DNA from: Squalus acanthias
Lineage: Eukaryota
DNA: 64,000 bases
Direction of reading: 5' to 3'
NCBI GenBank assembly: GCA_030390025.1
Contig: CM059438.1
Location: forward strand, 59,832,001-59,896,000
The translations under genes and the position numbers were made by a program. The notes beneath the pieces were generated by a model that saw only the letters and a program-made list of their open reading frames with translations, ran no database searches and was not told where the DNA came from. Positions 37,779-49,200 of this stretch are shown here, piece after piece (the stretch's first letter is position 1; every line of letters starts with the position of its first letter).

Positions 37779-38867
37779 AATGAATATTCACCAGAGTAAT
37801 TGTTACTGCCGGTAAGATGGAGTGTGGGTTTGATTGTCCCAACACCATGTCTCGCTGATGTTGCTTTGATTGCAATTAGCTGCAGGCTTCTGCACAGCTT
37901 GGTGCCCACACAGGGACCCTGGCATCACTATCCACAGCCAGTACATGCACTTTTTGTACACTCATACTTTAGTCACACCGACACACTCTCATGCCTACAC
38001 ATGCTAACATTCAAACACCAGTAGGCCTTCGTGTTCACACACACAGACAGCCTGACAACCCACACAGATTCACCCTGACTCATAGTCAGGCTTCCAAGCC
38101 CCACGCACCAACATACCCTTACACATTCCCAAACTGCTGCTCATACAAGAATGTACACCCTTCGGGGCAGAATTCCAGTGGGTTGAGGCCTTCAGCGGCT
38201 AAATGCTGGGCTTGACTTGGAGAGTGAGGAAGTTGCTACAGGGACCTCTCCCTCCCCTGGGGGGGCCGAGGGGCCTTTACCATTGCCTCATGGGACCTAT
38301 CCCCACTGTCCACATGGCAGCCATGGGAGACGGTGGTAAGTGGAGTGGATGGGAGGGGAAATCCACTGGAGACCCGGGACCCATGCCCCCTGCTGCCATT
38401 GGCATGCCCTGGGCAGGGAAGGAGTGCCAGCTGGACATGGGCAGGAGGAGGGAAATCCCAGTCAGGACACTGAGATGGCGATAGGCCCAATTTCAGGCGG
38501 GATCGTGGAGGAGAATTCACCGCCCCACCTCAGTGAGACCTATGCTCACACACATTGACACACCTTCAAACCTTCCCTGTTGCTCCCTCAGACACGCGCA
38601 CACACACACACACTCACTCACACACACACACTGTTCACATCCACTTGCGGGCATTTTCATTTCTTACCCTTATTCAAGTGAAAGTTATTTTTGTGTTTTT
38701 ACCCTTGTCTTGTTTTACATATTCCACTGCCTCGCTATTATCGGGAGAAACGACTGGCCAGTCAAAATCCTACTGATCCCGCTCATTCCGGGGACAAGGT
38801 AGCTGGGTGACTCAACTTTAGATTTCCCAGTTCAATGGTGAAGCTCGTGGTCTTTTGTTTGATGCCT

Positions 38868-39122
38868 TCAGGAGAAACTTCTTCACCCAGAGAGTGGTTA
38901 GAATGTGGAACTCGCTACCACTAGGATTAGTTGAGGCGAATACCATGGGTGCCTTTAAGGGGAAGCTGGATAAGTACATGAGGGAGAAAGGAATAGAAGG
39001 AGATGGTGATCGGGTGAGATGAAGTAGGGTGGGAGGAGGCTTGTGTGGAATATAAACACCAGCACAGACCAGTTGGGCCGAATGGCCTGTTTCGGTGCTG
39101 TAAATTCTATATAATTCTATGT
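38868..39122 (+). mobile_element. CR1 3' end
   Basis: AACTTCTTCACCCAGAGAGTGGT...; tail AATTCTATATAATTCTATG. Confidence 0.85.
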
Positions 39123-39265
39123 ATGTAAATGTCACATTTAAGTTTCAGTAGCATTCTTGGTGTTGTAACCTGCCAATCCATGACATAGCAATATAAACAA
39201 TATGTCACACAGCAGCCTCAGTAATGCCCCGTGAAAGACATCAATTAACATCTGGTATTTTGCAG

Positions 39266-39484
39266 AGAACGAAAAGAAAGCTTTTATTGCTGAACTTCTT
39301 CAAGAACATAACAGATTACGAGCCCTACACCAGTCAGAGCCACTCCAGTTCAAGCCTGAACTCTCCGTGCAAGCACAGAAATGGGCAGAGCATCTCATCG
39401 ATATCAAAACACTCCAGCATAGTGTCACCGAGTATGGAGAGAATCTCTGGTACAAATGGAGCAGCAACGCTAAGCTACCGACAG
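39266..39484 (+). CDS. CAP domain 3 exon A (219 nt), divergent
   Basis: ttttgcag| ... |gtatag; ENEKKAFIAELLQEHNRLRALHQSEPLQFKPELSVQAQKWAEHLIDIKTLQHSVTEYGENLWYKWSSNAKLPTG; same length and phase as A1/A2. Confidence 0.92.
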
Positions 39485-39512
39485 GTATAGAGTTCTTCAT
39501 CATCTTCTGCAC

Positions 39513-40256
39513 GGGTAGCGAGCCGAGGGTTCAGAGTGACCTCTCACAGGTAGAGAGCCGAGATTTCAGAGTGACCTCTCACAGGTAGAGCGCTGAGGGT
39601 CAGAGTGACCTCTCACAGGTAGAGAGCTGAGGGCTCAGAGTGACCTCTCACAGGTAGAGAGCTGAGGGTCAGAGTGACCTCTCACAGGTAGAGAGCTGAG
39701 GGCTCAGAGTGACCTCTCACAGGTAGAGAGCTGAGGGTCAGAGTGACCTCTCACAGGTAGAGCGCTGAGGGTCAGAGTGACCTCTCACAGGTAGAGAGCT
39801 GAGGGCTCAGAGTGACCTCTCACAGGTAGAGAGCTGAGGGTCAGAGTGACCTCTCACAGGTAGAGAGCTGAGGGCCAGAGTGACCTCTCACAGGTAGAGA
39901 GCTGAGGGTCAGAGTGACCTCTCACAGGTAGAGAGCTGAGGGTCAGAGTGACCTCTCACAAAGAGAGCTGAGGGTCAGAGTGACCTCTCACAGGTAGAGA
40001 GCTGAGGGTCAGAGTGACCTCTCACAGGTAGAGAGCTGAGGGTCAGAGTGACCTCTCACAGGTAGAGAGCTGAGGGTCAGAGTGACCTCTCTAGGTAGAG
40101 AGCTGAGGGTCAGAGTGACCTCTCACAAGAGAGTGAGGGTCAGAGTGACCTCTCACAGGTAGAGAGCTCAGGGTTCAAAGTGACCTCTCACAGGTAGAGA
40201 GCTCAGGGTCAGAGTGACCTCTCACAGGTAGAGAGCTGAGGGCTCAGAGTGACCTC
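39513..40256. repeat. 34/35-bp minisatellite, 22 units (AGAGTGACCTCTCACAGGTAGAGAGCTGAGGGTC)
   Basis: Counted by GTGACCT occurrences; starts about 30 nt after the exon A3 donor. Confidence 0.95.
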
Positions 40257-41146
40257 CCAAATGTACAGAGGGTGGAGTGAGCTATGTGAGCTGAGCACTG
40301 TGATAACAACCTGACAGTGAATAATAACAGATTGAGCTAAGCAGTGAATGTGAGCATTGAGTGAGAGAGCGTAAATAACACTGCCCTGACACTCTGACCT
40401 CTATGGTTATAATTGGCCTTTTCCTGTGTTGGAATTGAAAAATGGAAACTTCCTACACAATTTTAATATTGACTTCTGCCCCCCGCCACAGGAAGGTGCT
40501 AAAATGGGATCTCACTGGGTCAAAGTGGTACCTGCTAGTCAGTATTTGTGTAACCAAGATGAATGTCAACTGACCACTTCATCGCCAGTGACCTTTAACA
40601 TACACTCAGTTACCTTGGAGGCTTGAGGTGCTCTCAAAGATAGGTATTTAGATTGGACATTGCTGTGCACAAATTGGCCGCTGCATTTCCTACATTACAA
40701 AAGTGACTATACTTCAAAAGTGTATCAATGACTGTAAACCGCAGCGAGACGTTTGAAGTCATGAAAGACACTTTCTTTTGATTTGAAATTACCCTTCAGC
40801 TGAATGACACAAATTATTCTTGATGTTTGAATGAATAGTATGTTTCTTTTCAGTAAATGGTTGAATTGGTAAAAAATGTCTTTGCGGTGGGAGGTGGTGC
40901 ATGGTATGGCAGGAAAGGATCCACCAACAGTTGCAGGCTGCATTTGGGGTGGAGTTTGTAGGGACGATGTGGCCCTCAACCACCCCCTCCCCAACCTTTC
41001 ACTCACAACACATTCCCTACGCTTTCCTCTTCCCACTACCCCCTCCTCTTCTTACCATCCCCTCATCCACATCACTATCCCTACCCTTTCTCTTGGAACT
41101 ACCACTCAACCCCTATACCCTTCCCTCCTCCTTGCTACGCTGTCAG

Positions 41147-41810
41147 TACAACAACTTGCATTTATATAGCGCCTTTAATGTAGTAAAAGGTCCCAAGGCA
41201 CTTCACAGGAGTGTTGTCAAACAAAATTGACACCGAGCCACATAAGGCAATATTAGGACAGGTGACCAAAAGTTTGGTCAAAGAGGTAGGGTTTAAGGAG
41301 CATCATAAAGGAGGAGAGAGAGAGAGAGACAGAGAGGTTTAGGGAGGGAATTCCAGAGCTTAGGGCTCAGGCAGCTGAAGGCACGGCCGCCAATGGTGGA
41401 GCAATGGAAATCGGGGGTGCTCAAGAGGCCAGAGTTGGAGGAGCGCAGAGATCTCGGGGGGTTGTAGGGCTGGAGGGGTTTACAGAGATAGGGAAGGGCG
41501 AGGAGGGACACGGAAGGATTTGAACACAAGGATGAGAATTTTAAAATCAAGGGGTTGCTGAGTCGGGAGCCAATGTCGGTCAGCAAGCACAGGGGTGACG
41601 GGTGAACGGAACTTGGTGTGAGTTAGGACACGGGCAGCACAGTTTTGGATAACATCAAGTTTGTGGACGGTGGAAGATGGGAGTCCGACCAGGGGGATTG
41701 GAATAGTTGAGTTTAGAGGTAACAAAGGCATGGATGAGGGTTTCAGCAGTCGATGGGCTGAGGCAGGGTGGAGATGGGCGATAGTACGGAGGTGGGAGTC
41801 GGCAGTCTGG
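41147..41810 (-). mobile_element. L2 LINE 3' fragment
   Basis: ACAACAACTTGCATTTATATAGCGCC tail; minus ORFs with IQNCAARVLT and PKLWNSLP. Confidence 0.85.
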
Positions 41811-42035
41811 CCAGCAATACATAATAAACAGGAATAAGATTCCTCAGGAACTGAAGGAATGTGATGTGAGTGAAGAGTTGCTAAGGAATTTGGTATGAAA
41901 GAGCATATTGAGCTTCTTGAATTTAATTTTTAGCAAATATAAGAATTGGAGAAACGCCTTTAGATCTTCAGTTCAACAGATAGAGGCCAACTGAAGTGTG
42001 TGTAATGTTTCTAATATCTTCATGTTTTCTTATAG

Positions 42036-42113
42036 GGACCGAAGTGAGTGAATCCTGGTACAATGAAATCAAGAAATACAACTTCAAAGCTCCAGGATTT
42101 CACAGTGGAACAG
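42036..42113 (+). CDS. CAP domain 3 exon B (78 nt)
   Basis: ttttcttatag| ... |gtgaga; GTEVSESWYNEIKKYNFKAPGFHSGTG. Confidence 0.93.
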
Positions 42114-42169
42114 GTGAGAGAAAGAGATTCAGTGAAACACACAAGACATTTGAGAGAACGACGCACACA

Positions 42170-42650
42170 AAGAGAGTCAGAGACAGAGAGATAGAGAGAG
42201 AGGAAGAGAGAGAGAGACAGAGGCATGTGAGAGAGTTACATTAGAGAGAGATAGAGAGAGAGGAAGAGAGAGAGAGACAGAGGCATGTGAGAGAGTTACA
42301 TTAGAGAGAGATAGAGAGAGGAAGAGAGAGAGAGACAGAGGCATGTGAGAGAGTTACATTAGAGAGAGATCGAGAGAGGAAGAGAGAGAAACAGAGGCAT
42401 GTGAGAGAGTTACATTAGAGAGAGATAGAGAGGAATTGAGAAAGAGACAGAGGCACTCTCCAGTTACATTAGAGAGAGACAGAGAGAAAGAAATGGGGGC
42501 AAAGTCATGTGAGAGAGATACATCAGAGGAGAGCGACAGAGGTATGTGAGAGAGTTACCTTAGAGAGAGAGAGACAGAGAGATAGAGGCAGAGTCATGTG
42601 AGAGAGTTACAGAGTCATGTGGGAGAAAGACAGCTGGAGAGACAGAGGAA
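42170..42650. repeat. GA-rich ~58-60-bp tandem repeat
   Basis: GACAGAGGCATGTGAGAGAGTTACATTAGAGAGAG recurs and decays rightwards. Confidence 0.88.
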
Positions 42651-43209
42651 CAGGTAAGAAAATACATTCAGTAAGATACGCAAGGCATCAGATAAAGAGA
42701 CAGAAAGAGCCAGAGGCGTAAGGGCAAATGTTCTTCTGGGTGCCCGACAGACCTAATGCTTCTGCAAGGCACTGCGCCCATCATAACAGAGGACCATGTG
42801 ATCTTCTAGTCCCGGCCATTGGCAGGGCCCAGGCTCACTCCCAGTGATGGGCCTCGTGGACCGCTCCTGCTTCCGGCCAAATTTTCTGGAACGATTGATG
42901 AATCCTATCTGTGCAGTCGTGGTCACGCGGGGGAGGTGCCTAGCAGAAGGGCTCTGCCGGAGCAGGCATGGATTAGGCTAATGCCTCAAGGTGACCTCAG
43001 GTCCAAGCCATCCAGCAGCCACCATCAGCAAATAAATGTCAATGAGCTAAAATGTGGGTGGGACCAGCCAACCATCGCAGTAGTGGCGAGACCATTTCAC
43101 CAGCCAGCACATCTACCCATTCAATCTCATGTATCTCCCACTGAGACCTACTGGCCGGCAACCACAGTTACGAGAGGAGCGGACCCGGATAAAATGGCGA
43201 GAGCGGCAG

Positions 43210-46200
43210 CGGCGGCACTATAGAGAGAGACAGCACGAACAGTGAGACCAGGGACGGTGACACTATAGAGAGAGGCAGCACAAACAGTGAGACCACAGGC
43301 GGTGACACTATAGAGAGAGGCAGCGCGAACAGTGAGACCAGGGGCGGTGATGCTACAGCGAGAGGCAGCACGAACAGTGAGACCAGGGGCGGTGACACTA
43401 TAGAGAGAGGCAGCACGAACAGTGAGACCAGGGGCGGTGACACTATAGAGAGAGGCAGCACGAACAGTGAGACCAGGGGCGGTGACACTATAGAGAGAGG
43501 CAGCGTGAACAGTGAGACCAGGGGCGGTGACACTATAGAGAGAGGCAGAGTGAACAGTGAGACCAGGGGCGGTGACACTATAGAGAGAGGCAGCACGAAC
43601 AGTGAGACCAGGGGCGGTGACACTATAGAGAGAGGCAGCGTGAACAGTGAGACCAGGGGCGGTGACACTATAGAGAGAGGCAGCACGAACAGTGAGACCA
43701 GAGGGCGGTGACAGCTATAGAGAGAGGCAGCGTGAACAGTGAGACCAGGGGCGGTGACACTATAGAGAGAGGCAGCGTCGAACAGTGAGACCAGGGGCGG
43801 TGACACTATAGAGAGAGGCAGCACGAACAGTGAGACCAGGGGCGGTGACACTATAGAGAGAGGCAGCACGAACACTGAGACCAGGGGGCGGTGACACTAT
43901 AGAGAGAGGCAGCACGAACAGTGAGACCAGGGGCGGTGACACTATAGAGAGAGGCAGCAGTGAACAGTGAGACCAGGGCGGTGACACTATAGAGAGAGGC
44001 AGCACGAACAGTGAGACCAGGGGCGGTGACACTATAGAGAGAGGCAGCGTGAACAGTGAGACCAGGGGCGGTGACACTATAGAGAGAGGCAGCGTGAACA
44101 GTGAGACCAGGGGCGGTGACACTATAGAGAGAGGCAGCACGAACAGTGAGACCAGGGGCGGTGACACTATAGAGAGAGGCAGCGTGAACAGTGAGACCAG
44201 GGGCGGTGACACTATAGAGAGAGGCAGCAGTGAACAGTGAGACCAGGGGCGGTGACACTATAGAGAGAGGCAGAGTGAACAGTGAGACCAGGGGCGGTGA
44301 CACTATAGAGAGAGGCAGCACGAACAGTGAGACCAGGGGCGGTGACACTATAGAGAGAGGCAGAGTGAACAGTGAGACCAGGGGCGGTGACACTATAGAG
44401 AGAGGCAGAGTGAACAGTGAGACCAGGGGCGGTGACACTATAGAGAGAGGCAGCACGAACAGTGAGACCAGGGGCGGTGACACTATAGAGAGAGGCAGCA
44501 CGAACAGTGAGACCAGGGGCGGTGACACTATAGAGAGAGGCAGCACGAACAGTGAGACCAGGGGCGGTGACACTATAGAGAGAGGCAGCACGAACAGTGA
44601 GACCAGGGCGGTGACACTATAGAGAGAGGCAGAGTGAACAGTGAGACCAGGGGGGCGGTGACACTATAGAGAGAGGCAGCGTGAACAGCTGAGACCGGGC
44701 GGTGACACTATAGAGAGAGGCAGCACGAACCAGTGAGACCAGGGGCGGTGACACTATAGAGAGAGGCAGAGTGAACAGTGAGACCAGGGGCGGTGACGCT
44801 ATAGAGAGAGGCAGACGAACAGTGAGACCAGGGGCGGTGGACACTATAGAGAGAGGCAGAGTGAACAGTGAGACCAGGGGCGGTGACACTATAGAGAGAG
44901 GCAGCGTGAACAGTGAGACCAGGGGCCGGTGACACTATAGAGAGAGGCAGAGTGAACAGTGAGACCAGGGGCGGTGACACTATAGAGAGAGGCAGCACGA
45001 ACAGTGAGACCAGGGGCGGTGACTCTATAGAGAGAGGCAGACGTGAACAGTGAGACCAGGGGCGGTGACACTATAGAGAGAGGCAGCACGAACAGTGAGA
45101 CCAGGGGCGGTGACACTATAGAGAGAGGCAGCGTGAACAGTGAGACCAGGGGCGGTGACACTATAGAGAGAGGCAGACGAACAGTGAGACCCAGGGGCGG
45201 GTGACACTATAGAGAGAGGCAGCACTGAACAGTGAGACCAGGGGCGGTGACACTATAGAGAGAGGCAGCGTGAACAGTGAGACCAGGGGCGGTGACACTA
45301 TAGAGAGAGGCAGCACGAACAGTGAGACCAGGGGCGGTGACACTATAGAGAGAGGCAGCGTGAACAGTGAGACCAGGGCGGTGACTATAGAGAGAGGCAG
45401 CACGGAACAGTGAGACCAGGGGCGGTGACACTATAGAGAGAGGCAGCCGTGAACAGTGAGACCAGGGGCGGTGACACTATAGAGAGGGCAGAGTGAACAG
45501 TGAGACCAGGGGCGGTGACATAAGAGAGAGGCAGCGTGAACAGTGAGACCAGGGGCGGTGACACTATAGAGAGAGGCAGCACGAACAGTGAGACCAGGGG
45601 CGGTGACACTATAGAGAGAGGCAGAGTGAACAGTGAGACCAGGGGCGGTGACACTATAGAGAGAGGCAGACGTGAACAGTGAGACCAGGGGCGGTGACAC
45701 TATAGAGAGAGGCAGCACGAACAGTGAGACCAGGGGCGGTGACACTATAGAGAGAGGCAGCGTGAACAGTGAGACCAGGGGCGGTGACACTATAGAGAGA
45801 GGCAGCACGAACAGTGAGACCAGGGGCGGTGACACTATAGAGAGAGGCAGCGTGAACAGTGAGACCAGGGGCGGTGACACTATAGAGAGAGGCAGCACGA
45901 ACAGTGAGACCAGGGGCGGTGACACTATAGAGAGAGGCAGCGTGACAGTGAGACCAGGGGCGGTGACACTATAGAGAGAGGCAGCACGAACAGTGAGACC
46001 AGGGGCGGTGACACTATAGAGAGAGGCAGCGTGAACAGTGAGACCAGGGGGGCGGTGACACTATAGAGAGAGGCAGCACGAACAGTGAGACCAGGGGCGT
46101 GACACTATAGAGAGAGGCAGCAGAACAGTGAGACCAGGGGCGGTGACACTATAGAGAGAGGCAGCACGAACAGTGAGACCAGGGGCGGTGACACTATAGA

Positions 46201-49200
46201 GAGAGGCAGCACGAACAGTGGAGACCAGGGGGCGGTGACACTATAGAGAGAGGCAGCGTGAACAGTGAGACCAGGGGCGGTGACACTATAGAGAGAGGCA
46301 GAGTGAACAGTGAGACCAGGGGCGGTGACACTATAGAGAGAGGCAGAGTGAACAGTGAGACCAGGGGCGGTGACACTATAGAGAGAGGCAGCACGAACAG
46401 TGAGAACCAGGGGCGGTGACACTATAGAGAGAGGCAGCACGAACAGTGAGACCAGGGGCCGGGTGACAGCTATAGAGAGAGGCAGAGTGAACAGTGAGAC
46501 CAGGGGCGGTGACACTATAGAGAGAGGCAGCACGAACAGTGAGACCAGGGGCGGTGACACTATAGAGAGAGGCAGAGTGAACAGTGAGACCAGGGGCGGT
46601 GACACTATAGAGAGAGGCAGCGTGAACAGTGAGATCCAGGGGCGGTGACACTATAGAGAGAGGCAGCGTGAACAGTGAGACCAGGGGCGGTGACACTATA
46701 GAGAGAGGCAGCAGTGAACAGTGAGACCAGGGGCGGTGACGCTATAGAGAGAGGCAGCCGTGAACAGTGATGAGACCAGGGGCGGGTGACACGTATAGAG
46801 AGAGGCAGCGCGAACAGTGAGACCAGGGGCGGGTGACACTATAGAGAGAGGCAGCACGGAACAGTGAGACCAGGGCGGAGACACTATAGAGAGAGGCAGC
46901 AGAACAGTGAGACCAGGGGCGGAGTGACACTATAGAGAGAGGCAGCAGTGAACAGTGAGACCAGGGGCGGTGACACTATAGAGAGAGGCAGAGTGAACAG
47001 TGAGACCAGGGGCGGTGACACTATAGAGAGAGGCAGCGTGAACAGTGAGACCAGGGGCGGTGACACTATAGAGAGAGGGCAGCGTGAACAGTGAGACCAG
47101 GGGCGGTGACACTATAGAGAGAGGCAGCACGAACAGTGAGACCAGGGGCGGTGACACTATAGAGAGAGGCAGACGTGAACAGTGAGACAGGGGCGGTGAC
47201 ACTATAGAGAGAGGCAGAGTGAACAGTGAGACCAGGGGCGGTGACACTATAGAGAGAGGGCAGCGTGAACAGTGAGACCAGGGGCGGTGACACTATAGAG
47301 AGAGGCAGCAGTGAACAGTGAGACCAGGGGCGGTGACACTATAGAGAGAGGCAGCAGTGAACAGTGAGACCAGGGGCGGTGACACTATAGAGAGAGGCAG
47401 CTGTGGTGAACAGTGAGACCAGGGGCGGTGACACTATAGAGAGAGGCAGCACGTGAACAGTGAGACCAGGGCGGTGACACTATAGAGAGAGGCAGCACGA
47501 ACAGTGACCAGCGACCTATAGAGAGAGGCAGCGACAGTGACCAGGGCGTGACACTATAGAGAGAGGCAGCAGCGACAGGTGAGACCAGGGGGCGGTGACA
47601 CTATAGAGAGAGGCAGGACGAACAGTGAGACCAGGGGCGGTGACCCTATAGAGAGAGGCAGCACGAACAGTGAGACCAGGGGCGGTGACACTATAGAGGA
47701 GGCAGCGACGACCCAGCTGAGACCAGGGGCGGTGACGCTATAGAGAGAGCAGCACGTGAACAGTGAGACCAGGGGCAGGTGACACTATAGAAGAGAGGCA
47801 GCGTGACCAGTGAGACCAGGGGCGGTGACACTATAGAGAGGAGGCAGCACGAACAGTGAGACCAGGGGCGGTGACCTATAGAGCGAGGCAGCGTCGAACA
47901 GTGAGGACCAGGGGCGGTTGACATATAGAGAGAGGAGCACGAACAGTGACGACCTGGGCGGTGACGCTATAGAGAGAGGCAGCACTGAACAGTGAGACCA
48001 GGGGCGGGGTGACGCTATAAGAGGAGAGGCTGCAAGAACAGTGAGACCAGGGGCGGGACTCTATAGAGAGCGGCAGCAGTGAACAGTGAGTACCAAGGGG
48101 CGATGACACTATAGAGAGAGGCAGCGACGAACAGTGAGACAGGGGCGGTGACACCTATAGAGAAGAGGCAGAGTGACAGATGAGACCAGGGGCGGTGACA
48201 CTATAGAGAGAGCAGCACTGAACAGTGAGACCAGGGGCGTGACGCTATAGAGAGAGGCAGCACGAAACAGTGAGACCAGGCCTGCGGTGACACTATAGAG
48301 AGAGGCAGCGTGAACAGTGAGACCAGGGGCGGTACGCTATAGAGAGAGGCAGCAGCGAAACAGTGAGACCAGGGGCCCCCAGGTGACACTATAGAAGAGA
48401 GGCAGCGACGAACAGTGAGACCAGGGACGGTACCTATAGAGATGAGCAGCGTGACCAGTGAGACCAGGGGCGGTGACACTATAGAGAGAGGCAGCAGACC
48501 GTAGACCAGGCAGAAAGTGAACAGTGAGACCCAGGGGCGGTGACCTATAGAGAGAGCAGCGTGAACAGTGAGACCAAGGGGCGGTGACCACTATAGAGAG
48601 AGCCAGCACGAACAGTGAGACCAGGGGCCGATGACGCTATAGAGAGAGGCAGCGATGAACAGTGAGCACCAGGGGCGGTGACCACTATAAGAAGAGCAGA
48701 CAGTGACAGTGAGACCAGGGCGGTGCACTAAGAGAGAGGCAGCGTGAACTGTGAGACCAGGGCGGTGACAACTATAGAAGAGTCAGAGACGAACAGTGAG
48801 ACCAGGGGCGGTGACACTATAGAGAGAGGCAGCACGAACAGTGAGACCAGGGGCGGTGACACTATAGAGAGAGGCAGCCGAACAGTGAGACCAGGGGCGG
48901 TGACACTATAGAGAGAGGCAGCACGAACAGTGAGACCAGGGGCGGTGACACTATAGAGAGAGGCAGCGTCGAACAGTGAGACCAGGGGCGGTGACACTAT
49001 AGAGAGAGGCAGAGTGACAGTGAGACCAGGGGCGGTGACACTATAGAGAGAGGCAGCACGAACAGTGAGACCAGGGGCGGTGACACTATAGAGAGAGGCA
49101 GCAAGAACAGTGAGACCAGGGGCGGTGACACTATAGAGAGAGGCAGAGTGAACAGTGAGACCAGGGGCGGTGACACTATAGAGAGAGGCAGCACGAACAG

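Noticed and set aside
4511..42113. Assigning the symbol GLIPR2
   Set aside because: The family is clear, but the multi-domain architecture and missing N-terminus prevent an orthology call without a phylogeny.
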